Shown: piece after piece, positions 24,395 to 40,342 of the stretch
Numbering within the stretch: the first letter of the stretch is position 1
How the letters are laid out: every line of letters begins with the position of its first letter
Source of the DNA: Escherichia coli
GTDB lineage: Bacteria > Pseudomonadota > Gammaproteobacteria > Enterobacterales > Enterobacteriaceae
DNA: 64,000 nt
Direction: 5' to 3' (one strand)
NCBI RefSeq assembly: GCF_003334355.1
Contig: NZ_QOWP01000012.1
Program-made: the position numbers and the translations under genes
The notes under the pieces: model-generated
The model's input: only the letters and a program-made list of their open reading frames with translations
Told to the model about the DNA's origin: nothing
Database searches by the model: none

Positions 24395-24655
24395 ATGAAA
24401 AAGTGCCTCACACTACTGATTGCCACCGTCCTGAGCGGAATCTCTCTCACGGCTTATGCCGCGCAACCGATGAGTAACCTGGACAGCGGTCAGCTACGGC
24501 CCGCCGGTACCGTTTCGGCAACTGGCGCATCAAACCTAAGCGATCTGGAGGATAAACTGGCAGAAAAAGCGCGCGAACAAGGCGCGAAAGGTTATGTCAT
24601 TAATTCCGCAGGCGGAAATGACCAGATGTTCGGTACTGCAACCATCTACAAATAA
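24395..24655 (+). CDS. mcbA: Small periplasmic DUF1471 protein (BhsA/McbA family)
   Basis: Translation from MKKCLTLLIATVLSGISLTAYA gives 86 aa ending GTATIYK; paralogous to ybiJ in this window. Confidence 0.8.
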   Translation: MKKCLTLLIATVLSGISLTAYAAQPMSNLDSGQLRPAGTVSATGASNLSDLEDKLAEKAREQGAKGYVINSAGGNDQMFGTATIYK

Positions 24656-24788
24656 CCCCACCAACGTAACTGCATTCGCCTCTGGATGCAGTTTTCGTCT
24701 GTTTTGTAATCAAAAAACATCAAATATGAACTCAATGTAAATAAATGTATTTCTTTTTCGCGCAATGGGTGATAGAAAATCGCTCCAA

Positions 24789-24817
24789 GTGATAATGCTT
24801 ATCAAAATTATTATCAC
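24789..24817 (+). promoter_or_regulatory. Fur box upstream of fiu
   Basis: GATAATGCTTATCAAAATTATTATCAC resembles the Fur consensus GATAATGATAATCATTATC; lies about 100 bp upstream of the fiu start. Confidence 0.55.
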
Positions 24818-24919
24818 TTGCACAAACACTATCACGGGATTAACAGTGGCATCGCATCCGCAGAGATGCTTTCTCGTGGCAGTGAAAATTTCAACATATA
24901 AGAAAAAGTCACCTGCAAA

Positions 24920-27202
24920 ATGGAAAACAATCGCAATTTCCCTGCCAGACAATTTCATTCGCTCACGTTCTTTGCCGGTCTTTGTATTGGCATCACGCCT
25001 GTGGCTCAGGCACTCGCCGCCGAAGGGCAAACTAACGCGGATGACACGCTGGTTGTCGAAGCATCAACGCCTTCGCTTTATGCGCCACAACAATCTGCCG
25101 ATCCGAAATTCTCGCGTCCGGTAGCGGATACTACCCGCACGATGACGGTAATTTCTGAACAAGTGATTAAAGATCAGGGCGCAACCAACCTTACCGACGC
25201 GCTCAAAAACGTCCCCGGCGTGGGTGCGTTTTTTGCGGGTGAGAACGGTAACTCCACCACTGGCGACGCCATTTATATGCGTGGTGCCGATACCTCTAAC
25301 AGTATTTATATTGATGGCATTCGCGATATCGGCAGCGTCTCGCGCGACACCTTCAATACCGAGCAGGTCGAAGTGATTAAAGGGCCGTCCGGCACCGACT
25401 ACGGGCGCAGCGCACCGACAGGCTCGATCAATATGATCAGCAAGCAGCCGCGCAATGATTCCGGCATTGACGCCTCCGCCAGTATTGGCAGCGCCTGGTT
25501 CCGCCGCGGCACGCTGGACGTCAATCAGGTCATTGGTGATACCACCGCGGTGCGCCTGAATGTAATGGGCGAAAAAACGCACGATGCCGGACGCGACAAA
25601 GTCAAAAATGAGCGTTACGGCGTCGCCCCTTCTGTCGCTTTTGGCCTTGGTACAGCGAATCTTTTGTATCTTAATTATCTGCATGTCACCCAGCACAACA
25701 CGCCAGACGGCGGCATTCCGACCATCGGTTTGCCGGGCTATTCTGCCCCATCTGCGGGAACGGCGGCCCTGAATCATTCCGGAAAAGTTGATACTCATAA
25801 CTTTTACGGCACGGATTCCGATTACGACGATTCGACCACCGACACCGCCACCATGCGTTTTGAGCACGACATCAACGATAACACCACCATTCGCAATACT
25901 ACCCGTTGGTCGCGCGTAAAGCAGGATTACCTGATGACGGCGATTATGGGCGGGGCGTCGAATATTACTCAGCCCACCAGCGATGTGAATAGCTGGACCT
26001 GGTCACGCACGGCGAATACCAAAGATGTGAGTAATAAAATTCTCACCAACCAGACCAACCTGACCTCGACGTTCTATACCGGTTCTATCGGTCATGATGT
26101 CAGTACCGGCGTGGAATTTACCCGTGAAACGCAGACTAACTACGGCGTTAATCCGGTGACGTTACCCGCGGTAAATATTTATCATCCTGACAGCAGCATT
26201 CATCCCGGCGGCCTGACGCGCAACGGCGCAAACGCCAATGGTCAGACGGATACCTTCGCAATTTACGCCTTTGATACGCTGCAAATCACCCGTGATTTTG
26301 AGCTGAACGGCGGGATCCGTCTGGATAATTATCATACTGAATATGACAGTGCCACCGCCTGCGGCGGCAGCGGACGCGGTGCCATCACCTGCCCAACTGG
26401 TGTGGCAAAAGGTTCTCCGGTCACCACCGTCGACACCGCCAAGTCGGGCAATCTGATGAACTGGAAAGCCGGGGCGCTGTATCACCTGACGGAAAACGGC
26501 AATGTCTATATTAACTATGCCGTTTCCCAGCAGCCTCCGGGCGGCAACAACTTCGCCCTTGCGCAGTCTGGCAGCGGTAACAGTGCCAACCGCACCGATT
26601 TTAAACCGCAAAAAGCCAACACCAGCGAGATTGGCACCAAATGGCAGGTTCTGGATAAACGTCTGTTGCTCACCGCCGCGCTGTTCCGCACTGATATCGA
26701 AAATGAAGTTGAGCAAAATGATGACGGAACTTACTCGCAATACGGTAAGAAACGCGTCGAAGGCTATGAGATATCCGTGGCCGGGAATATCACTCCCGCG
26801 TGGCAGGTGATTGGCGGCTATACCCAGCAAAAAGCAACCATCAAAAACGGCAAAGATGTTGCCCAGGATGGTTCCTCATCGCTGCCGTATACCCCGGAGC
26901 ACGCCTTCACCTTATGGAGCCAATATCAGGCAACCGACGATATCTCTGTTGGCGCGGGCGCACGCTATATCGGCAGTATGCATAAAGGTTCAGACGGCGC
27001 GGTGGGAACGCCAGCGTTTACCGAAGGTTACTGGGTCGCCGATGCCAAACTGGGGTATCGAGTTAATCGCAATCTCGACTTCCAGCTAAACGTTTACAAC
27101 CTGTTTGATACCGATTACGTCGCCTCAATCAACAAGAGCGGCTACCGTTATCACCCGGGCGAGCCAAGAACCTTCTTGCTCACAGCCAATATGCATTTCT
27201 GA
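24920..27202 (+). CDS. fiu: TonB-dependent outer membrane receptor for catecholate siderophores
   Basis: 760 aa ORF with signal peptide, TonB box region and C-terminal aromatic residue (NMHF). Confidence 0.9.
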
Positions 27203-27243
27203 ATCAGATGTGGGGCGCAGGCCCCACTTTTTGGAGAAATTGT

Positions 27244-27921
27244 ATGATGTACCACATTCCCGGCGTGTTATCGCCACAGGACGTCGCTCGTTTTCGCGAA
27301 CAACTGGAACAAGCCGAATGGGTGGATGGACGCGTCACCACCGGCGCACAAGGTGCGCAAGTTAAGAACAATCAACAGGTCGACACCCGCAGCACGTTAT
27401 ACGCCGCCCTGCAAAATGAGGTGCTGAACGCGGTTAACCAACATGCTTTATTCTTTGCCGCGGCCTTGCCGCGTACCCTTTCCACGCCGCTGTTTAATCG
27501 CTATCAGAACAATGAAACCTATGGTTTCCATGTGGATGGCGCAGTACGCAGCCATCCACAAAACGGCTGGATGCGTACTGACCTTTCTGCCACGCTGTTT
27601 TTAAGCGATCCACAAAGCTACGACGGCGGCGAACTGGTCGTTAATGACACCTTCGGACAACATCGGGTAAAACTCCCGGCAGGCGATCTCGTGTTGTATC
27701 CCTCCAGCAGCCTGCATTGCGTGACACCCGTAACCCGCGGCGTACGAGTGGCATCATTTATGTGGATCCAGTCGATGATCCGCGATGATAAAAAGCGCGC
27801 CATGCTGTTTGAACTGGACAACAATATTCAGTCGCTGAAAAGCCGCTACGGCGAAAGTGAAGAGATCCTGTCGCTGCTTAATCTTTATCATAATCTGCTG
27901 CGGGAATGGTCGGAGATCTGA
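27244..27921 (+). CDS. ybiX: PKHD-type Fe(II)/2-oxoglutarate-dependent hydroxylase
   Basis: Translation from [13 protein letters not shown] gives 225 aa with HxD...H iron-binding arrangement; directly downstream of fiu. Confidence 0.85.
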
Positions 27922-27994
27922 TGCTTGAACTGCCCGAGTTCGTCCCTGGATTAGCTACACTTAACTGTACAAGTATTGATATGGGGAGGTCGAT

Positions 27995-28195
27995 ATGGCA
28001 TCCGGTTGGGCTAACGATGACGCCGTCAACGAACAGATCAACAGTACAATTGAAGATGCGATTGCCCACGCTCGGGGTGAAATTCCGCGCGGCGAAAGCC
28101 TGGATGAATGTGAAGAGTGCGGTGCCCCCATCCCGCAGGCCCGTCGGGAAGCCATTCCTGGCGTGCGCTTATGTATTCATTGTCAGCAGGAGTAA
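27995..28195 (+). CDS. ybiI: DksA/TraR-type C4 zinc-finger protein, 66 aa as encoded here (expected 88 aa)
   Basis: CEECGAPIPQARREAIPGVRLCIHCQ zinc finger. An in-frame TAA at 28193 to 28195 is followed by 21 in-frame sense codons to a second TAA at 28259 to 28261, which would give 88 codons. Confidence 0.6.
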   Translation: MASGWANDDAVNEQINSTIEDAIAHARGEIPRGESLDECEECGAPIPQARREAIPGVRLCIHCQQE

Positions 28196-28525
28196 GATTT
28201 ACAAAAACCAGCTTATACAGGATATAATCGCAGAGGTTCGAAAGACAGCCAGTTACGTTAACTACAACTGGCGAGATGCATAGCGAGTATAATTTGTATT
28301 TTGCGTGTCATTCCGTGCCTTTAACGCTGCTGTGACTGCCACGCGGTATAAAACAAGTTCATAAGTACAACAAATAAATGGTTTATCAGTAGGTTAGATA
28401 TCAATCAATTTATTTGAACAAGGCGGTCAATTCTCTTCGATTTTATCTCTCGTAAAAAAACGTGATACTCATCACATCGACGAAACAACGTCACTTATAC
28501 AAAAATCACCTGCGAGAGATTAATT

Positions 28526-28786
28526 ATGAAAACTATCAATACTGTTGTTGCTGCTATGGCTCTTTCAACTCTGTCATTTGGCGTGTTCGCGGCGGAACCG
28601 GTAACGGCATCCCAGGCACAGAACATGAATAAAATCGGCGTGGTTTCTGCCGATGGCGCATCCACCCTCGATGCCCTGGAAGCGAAACTGGCTGAGAAAG
28701 CCGCGGCAGCCGGTGCCAGTGGATACAGCATCACTTCCGCCACCAACAACAATAAATTAAGCGGTACTGCGGTAATTTATAAGTAA
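28526..28786 (+). CDS. ybiJ: Small periplasmic DUF1471 protein
   Basis: 86 aa ORF with signal peptide ending GTAVIYK; paralog of mcbA. Confidence 0.85.
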   Translation: MKTINTVVAAMALSTLSFGVFAAEPVTASQAQNMNKIGVVSADGASTLDALEAKLAEKAAAAGASGYSITSATNNNKLSGTAVIYK

Positions 28787-28789
28787 TTC

Positions 28790-28915
28790 GTAGGACGGAT
28801 AAGGCGTTTACGCCGCATCCGGCAACAGATGCCTGATGCGACGCTACCGCGTCTTATCAGGCCTACAAAATCCGAACCGTTGGACGGATCAGGCGTTTAC
28901 GCTACGTCCAGCACA
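28790..28915. repeat. REP/BIME repeat cluster (three REP units)
   Basis: GGACGGATAAGGCGTTTACGCCGCATCCGGC, GCCTGATGCGACGCTACCGCGTCTTATCAGGCCTAC and GGACGGATCAGGCGTTTACGCTACGTCC units. Confidence 0.7.
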
Positions 28916-29014
28916 AGTATTTCCCTGTCTGTTTGCCGACAGACGCATATGCTCTAACCCTCATTGATCCTATGTTACCCTTGTTTGCCCGTCCGCCACT
29001 GGACGGGCTTTTTT

Positions 29015-30112
<1,098 letters not shown>

Positions 30113-30157
30113 TTTATGTTATGTGTTTGTTGTATTTTTATGCTGCACGCCGGGCGT

Positions 30158-30234
<77 letters not shown>

Positions 30235-30240
30235 AAAGAA

Positions 30241-31203
<963 letters not shown>

Positions 31204-31230
31204 TTACGACTCCTTACCTGACTCACATCA

Positions 31231-33381
31231 TTAACGCCGCCGACGGCGTGGGGATTTCGTTTTTTCTTTCTTTTTAACTATACCTTCAGGGACTTCCGGT
31301 TGCTCTATCGGAAATACCGGTAATGCATCCAGTAGTCGCTTGCCATAATTTTTGGTCAGCAAGCGTTTGTCGTAGATAACCACTTCGCCCCAGCAACCGT
31401 GGCTTCGAATCAGTCGCCCAACCTGCTGAATCAGGTTAAACGAGGCGCTCGGCAGGCTTTGCACCTCAAACGGATAGCGGTTGAGGCTTTTCAGCCATTC
31501 CCCTTCGGTGATCACCACCGGGCTGTCGATGGGCGGAAAAGCGATTTTGTGGATATGCACCTGGCTGAGCAGATCACCTTTCAAATCAAGCCCTTCGGCA
31601 AATGACTGTAAGCCCACCAGCACGCTGCGCTCACCGTTGGCGACGCGTTTGCGGTGCAGTTCAACTAAACGGTAACGCGGCTGATCGCCCTGAACCAGCA
31701 ACATCAGACGTAAATCCGTCACATAGTCGAGAAAGCGCTGCATCGCCCGTCCGCTGGCAAACAGTACCAACATACCGAGATGTTTTTTGCTCTCCACCTG
31801 CTTACGGAAAAAGGCCGCCATTTCGGCAATATGCTGCTCTTCGTTGTCGATGGAAGGCTCAACGCGCATCCGGGGAATAACAATTTTGCCCTGTTCGCAG
31901 TGGTTAAAGGGGGAATCCAGCGCCACAAAACGGTCGCCCGCTTTCTCTTTCAGACCACTCATCTCCTGCAAACGCGAAAAACTGTTCAGCGAACGCAAGG
32001 TTGCGGAGGTGACAATAATGTGCGGAATACTGCGCCACAGCAGCCTTTCCAGCTGATCGCTGACACGTATTCCCACGCAGTGAAACCAGAGGTGTAGCTG
32101 CCCTTCGCGCTCTTCCCGCGTCGCCCATTTGGTCACCGGTGCACCGGAAGATTGCGCCAGCGAAGCCAGCCGCCAGAGTTTGCTTTGCGCCTCGAACATC
32201 CCCAACGCGCGGTTCATCTGCAAAATCAACCGATGCAGACGTACAATGTCATGGCTGCCGGTTTTCTCACTTAAATCGTTAAGAAATAACTCCGCCAGGC
32301 CACGCAGCATCTCGGTGAGTTTTGCCAGCCGCTGGCAGATCTCCAGCACTTCATCTGGCAGTTCGCCCATCGCAAAACGGTGCTCTGCCTCCTGCCCGGC
32401 AGGCATGTAGAGATTGAGAATGTTGTTTAACGAGGCGATAAGCTCATACAACTCTTCACAATGCGCATTCAAACGTTCAGGAATCGCCAGCGGTGGGATG
32501 GTCTTCGGGCGAAACTGCTCCATGCAGGTAGCGACCAGTTTCGTGAACAAGTCCAGCTGTAGCCGATACCACGGCGCGGTGATTTCGGCGCTCATCTCAA
32601 GCGCATCCCGCGCCACATCCGGCAGGTGATGGCCTTCGTCCAGCACCAGCAGTAAATTTTTCGGGTCAGGCAATACCGCTTCGCTTTCCATCGCCGCCAT
32701 CACCAGCGCATGGTTTGCCACCACCACTTCCGCTTCCTGAATCTCCCGACGAGCGACAAAAAACGGGCATTCACGATAGTAGTAACAATTGCGGTTGAGG
32801 CAGCTGGCTTTGTCGGTACTTAAACGACGCCAGAGATCGTCATCTATAGCGATATCAGTATGATCGCGCAGACCATCCCATTTATAAGTATCGAGATCGC
32901 CCTTCAGCTTCGCACAACGTTTTTGCTCTTCCTGATTGTTCGGGGTCAGTTCGTCGTCAAGAAACGCCAGCAGATCCTGTTGCGTGGGTTCAGTACTGGC
33001 GAGCGCCGTCAGATTACGCGGACAAACGTAGCGCCCACGCCCAAAAGCGGCAGTGAATTTAAGATCGGGAATGATCTTTTTCAGCAGCGGTAAATCTTTG
33101 CTGTAAATCTGATCCTGCAATGCCACGTTGGCGGTACTCACCACCAGCGTTTTTTGCTCTTCGCGGGCAATGGCGATGCCGGGAATCAAATAAGAGAGCG
33201 TTTTCCCAACGCCGGTGGGGGCTTCAATCGCCAGATGTCGCCCTTCTTCTCCGGCCAGCGTTTTGGCGACGTCCGCAATCATCTGCCGCTGCGGCGCACG
33301 GGGAATAAAGTCGGGGATCTGTTCCTGAAGCGCCTTATACCAGGCGGCAATTTGCGCTTTAAGCGCGGCGGTTAATGCCAT
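31231..33381 (-). CDS. dinG: ATP-dependent DNA helicase DinG
   Basis: Translation from MALTAALKAQIAAWYKAL gives 716 aa with Walker A APTGVGKT and DEGHH box; the ORF-track 45-aa extension is rejected. Confidence 0.9.
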   Translation of the reverse strand: MALTAALKAQIAAWYKALQEQIPDFIPRAPQRQMIADVAKTLAGEEGRHLAIEAPTGVGKTLSYLIPGIAIAREEQKTLVVSTANVALQDQIYSKDLPLLKKIIPDLKFTAAFGRGRYVCPRNLTALASTEPTQQDLLAFLDDELTPNNQEEQKRCAKLKGDLDTYKWDGLRDHTDIAIDDDLWRRLSTDKASCLNRNCYYYRECPFFVARREIQEAEVVVANHALVMAAMESEAVLPDPKNLLLVLDEGHHLPDVARDALEMSAEITAPWYRLQLDLFTKLVATCMEQFRPKTIPPLAIPERLNAHCEELYELIASLNNILNLYMPAGQEAEHRFAMGELPDEVLEICQRLAKLTEMLRGLAELFLNDLSEKTGSHDIVRLHRLILQMNRALGMFEAQSKLWRLASLAQSSGAPVTKWATREEREGQLHLWFHCVGIRVSDQLERLLWRSIPHIIVTSATLRSLNSFSRLQEMSGLKEKAGDRFVALDSPFNHCEQGKIVIPRMRVEPSIDNEEQHIAEMAAFFRKQVESKKHLGMLVLFASGRAMQRFLDYVTDLRLMLLVQGDQPRYRLVELHRKRVANGERSVLVGLQSFAEGLDLKGDLLSQVHIHKIAFPPIDSPVVITEGEWLKSLNRYPFEVQSLPSASFNLIQQVGRLIRSHGCWGEVVIYDKRLLTKNYGKRLLDALPVFPIEQPEVPEGIVKKKEKTKSPRRRRR

Positions 33382-33395
33382 GAGAAAACCTGAAA

Positions 33396-33415
33396 TACTG
33401 TATAAACAGCCAATA
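33396..33415 (-). promoter_or_regulatory. LexA (SOS) box of dinG
   Basis: Minus-strand sequence TATTGGCTGTTTATACAGTA directly upstream of the dinG ATG; matches the non-canonical dinG SOS box as I recall it. Confidence 0.6.
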
Positions 33416-33500
33416 TTGTGGCATTTTTCGGTTTTCAGGGGTAATGGTTTTTCTGTTTCTGGAAAGCGGCTCGCAATAACCACCAACATAATGCGGTTTA

Positions 33501-33983
33501 ATGCCCGTTCGAGCACAAAGGATCCAACACGTCATGCAAGACACCATCATAAATTTCTACAGCACCAGCGATGACTACGGTGATTTTTCTAACTTTGCCG
33601 CCTGGCCCATCAAGGTTGACGGGAAAACCTGGCCCACCTCAGAACACTATTTTCAGGCACAAAAATTCCTTGATGAAAAATACCGCGAAGAGATCCGTCG
33701 GGTTTCTTCCCCTATGGTCGCCGCACGCATGGGGCGCGATCGTTCTAAGCCTCTGCGTAAAAACTGGGAGTCGGTCAAAGAACAGGTGATGCGAAAAGCA
33801 CTTCGCGCTAAATTCGAACAGCATGCAGAACTGCGTGCGCTCTTGCTGGCAACCGCGCCCGCAAAACTGGTTGAGCATACGGAAAACGATGCTTACTGGG
33901 GAGACGGTGGTCATGGTAAGGGCAAGAATCGACTGGGCTACCTTTTAATGGAGTTGCGCGAACAATTGGCTATAGAGAAGTAA
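33501..33983 (+). CDS. ybiA: N-glycosidase YbiA (DUF1768 / riboflavin-intermediate hydrolase family)
   Basis: 160 aa ORF recognised as YbiA. Confidence 0.85.
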   Translation: MPVRAQRIQHVMQDTIINFYSTSDDYGDFSNFAAWPIKVDGKTWPTSEHYFQAQKFLDEKYREEIRRVSSPMVAARMGRDRSKPLRKNWESVKEQVMRKALRAKFEQHAELRALLLATAPAKLVEHTENDAYWGDGGHGKGKNRLGYLLMELREQLAIEK

Positions 33984-34062
33984 CGTCTCGGTGGCTTATG
34001 GGCGGTAAAACAGATAAATTTTTTCCCGTGTTCTCAAATTGCTGACAAGTGCTTGTTGTGAA

Positions 34063-34165
<103 letters not shown>

Positions 34166-34186
34166 TTTGCGTTTGTTCATCAGCCT

Positions 34187-34210
34187 GATGCCGGGCATAG
34201 CCCGGCATAA
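34187..34210. terminator. Palindromic hairpin just downstream of rhlE
   Basis: ATGCCGGGCATAGCCCGGCAT perfect palindrome immediately 3' of the rhlE stop on the minus strand. Confidence 0.5.
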
Positions 34211-34214
34211 AAGA

Positions 34215-35579
34215 TTACTGCGCAGCGGCAGGTTTACGCGGACGGCGGCGACGTTGTTGTTCGCCTGCCGGTTTGGCATCGCCGAGGCGGCGAGACGGTT
34301 TTTCTGCAGGTTTCGCGCTTGCAGATTTTGCGCCACCTTCCCCACGGCGTGGTTGCTGTTGACCGCGACCACCACCTTGCCCACGACCGCCGCCGCCACG
34401 TTGCTGGCGACCGTTCTGGATCGGTTCGGCTTTGATTGACGGGTCCGGCTCATAGCCCGGAATCGCAATGCGCGGGATCTCTTTTTTCAGCAGTTTTTCG
34501 ATATCACGCAGCAGTTTGTGTTCATCAACACACACCAGCGACAACGCTTCACCGGTAGCAGCCGCACGACCGGTACGCCCGATACGGTGGACATAATCTT
34601 CAGGTACGTTTGGCAGTTCATAGTTGACGACGTGCGGCAGCTCTTCAATATCCAGGCCGCGCGCAGCGATGTCAGTTGCCACCAGTACACGAATATCGCC
34701 CGATTTAAAATCAGCCAGCGCACGAGTACGCGCACCTTGCGATTTATTGCCGTGGATCGCCGCACTACGGATGCCATCTTTATTGAGCTGTTCAGCCAGA
34801 TGGTTAGCGCCGTGTTTGGTACGGGTAAACACCAGCACCTGCTGCCAGTTCCCTTTCCCAATCATGTGCGACAGCAATTCGCGTTTGCGTTTCTTATCGA
34901 CAAAGTGAACGTGCTGGGTCACCTGATCAGACGCGGTATTGCGGCGTGCCACTTCGATTTCCAGCGGGTTGTGCAACAGTTTTTCCGCCAGGGCTTTAAT
35001 ATCGTCAGAGAAGGTCGCGGAGAATAACAGGTTCTGGCGCTTCGCAGGTAGTTTTGTTAACACGCGACGGATATCGTGGATAAAGCCCATGTCGAGCATG
35101 CGGTCAGCTTCATCGAGGACGAGGATTTCAACCTGATCCAGCTTCACTGCATTCTGATGTTCCAGGTCCAGCAAACGTCCCGGGGTTGCCACCAGCACAT
35201 CAACGCCGCCACGCAGTTTCATCATCTGCGGGTTAATACTCACACCACCAAACACCACCAGCGAACGAATGTTCAGGTATTTGCTGTAATCACGGACGTT
35301 TTCGCCAATCTGCGCCGCCAGTTCACGGGTCGGGGTAAGAATGAGCGCACGTACCGGACGACGCCCTTTGGCGTGCGGCTGGCGAGTGATCAGGTGTTGC
35401 AACAGCGGCAGCGTAAAGCCCGCTGTTTTGCCGGTGCCGGTCTGGGCGCTAGCCATCAGGTCGCGGCCTTCCAGCACCGCAGGGATCGCCTGCTGCTGAA
35501 TAGGGGTGGGTTCACGGTAACCCTGCTCGGCAACGGCGCGCAGGATATCAGGGCTTAAACCCAAAGAATCGAAAGACAT
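34215..35579 (-). CDS. rhlE: ATP-dependent DEAD-box RNA helicase
   Basis: 454 aa ORF with Q-motif, Walker [13 protein letters not shown] box (VLDEADRM) and Arg/Gly-rich C-terminal tail. Confidence 0.9.
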
Positions 35580-35807
35580 AACTACTCCGAACCGCCCCGA
35601 CCGTTACCGGTGTAGTTTTCAGGGAGATACTGAAAAGGAAAATGACAAAAACCACAATGTCATGAGGGAGCGGAGTGTAGCAGTTTTTGTGACGCAGCGC
35701 ATAAATTATCCCTGTGACTGGCGTTGCTAAAATTCTTAGCCATACTGGACAACTCCCCTATGGAGTCATAATCTTAATCAATCATTTGATTAAGAATGGA
35801 CTGTGCG

Positions 35808-39198
<3,391 letters not shown>

Positions 39199-39206
<8 letters not shown>

Positions 39207-40332
39207 CCCGATCCTGTCCTGGCGTCGCGTACGGGCGCTGTGCGTTAAAGAGACGCGGCAGATCGTTCGCGATCCGAGTAGCTGGCTGATTGCGGTAGTG
39301 ATCCCGCTGCTACTGCTGTTTATTTTTGGTTACGGCATTAACCTCGACTCCAGCAAGCTGCGGGTCGGGATTTTACTGGAACAGCGTAGCGAAGCGGCGC
39401 TGGATTTCACCCACACCATGACCGGTTCGCCCTACATCGACGCCACCATCAGCGATAACCGTCAGGAACTGATCGCCAAAATGCAGGCGGGGAAAATTCG
39501 CGGTCTGGTGGTTATTCCGGTGGATTTTGCGGAACAGATGGAGCGCGCCAACGCCACCGCACCGATTCAGGTGATCACCGACGGCAGTGAGCCGAATACC
39601 GCTAACTTTGTACAGGGGTATGTCGAAGGGATCTGGCAGATCTGGCAAATGCAGCGAGCGGAGGACAACGGGCAGACTTTTGAACCGCTTATTGATGTAC
39701 AAACCCGCTACTGGTTTAACCCGGCGGCGATTAGCCAGCACTTCATTATCCCCGGTGCGGTGACCATTATCATGACGGTCATCGGCGCGATTCTCACCTC
39801 GCTGGTGGTGGCGCGAGAATGGGAACGCGGCACCATGGAGGCTCTGCTCTCTACGGAGATTACCCGCACGGAACTGCTGCTGTGTAAGCTGATCCCTTAT
39901 TACTTTCTCGGGATGCTGGCGATGTTGCTGTGTATGCTGGTGTCAGTGTTTATTCTCGGCGTGCCGTATCGCGGGTCGCTGCTGATTCTGTTTTTTATCT
40001 CCAGCCTGTTTTTACTCAGTACCCTGGGGATGGGGCTGCTGATTTCCACGATTACCCGCAACCAGTTCAATGCCGCTCAGGTCGCCCTGAACGCCGCTTT
40101 TCTGCCGTCGATTATGCTTTCCGGCTTTATTTTTCAGATCGACAGTATGCCCGCGGTGATCCGCGCGGTGACGTACATTATTCCCGCTCGTTATTTCGTC
40201 AGCACCCTGCAAAGCCTGTTCCTCGCCGGGAATATTCCAGTGGTGCTGGTGGTAAACGTGCTGTTTTTGATCGCTTCGGCGGTGATGTTTATCGGCCTGA
40301 CGTGGCTGAAAACCAAACGTCGGCTGGATTAG
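39199..40332 (+). CDS. ybhS: ABC-2 type transporter permease
   Basis: 377 aa hydrophobic ORF overlapping the ybhF stop. Confidence 0.85.
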
Positions 40333-40342
40333 GGAGAAGAGC

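Noticed and set aside
31231-33516. N-terminal extensions of the longest ORFs (dinG 761 aa, moaA 356 aa, bioA 466 aa, ybiO 786 aa, dps 208 aa, mcbA 134 aa, rlmF 335 aa, fsaA 244 aa, moaD 102 aa, bioC 264 aa)
   Set aside because: In each case an internal start gives the length I recall for the known protein, and the extension runs into a promoter, operator or leader region (for example the bio operator inside the bioA extension).
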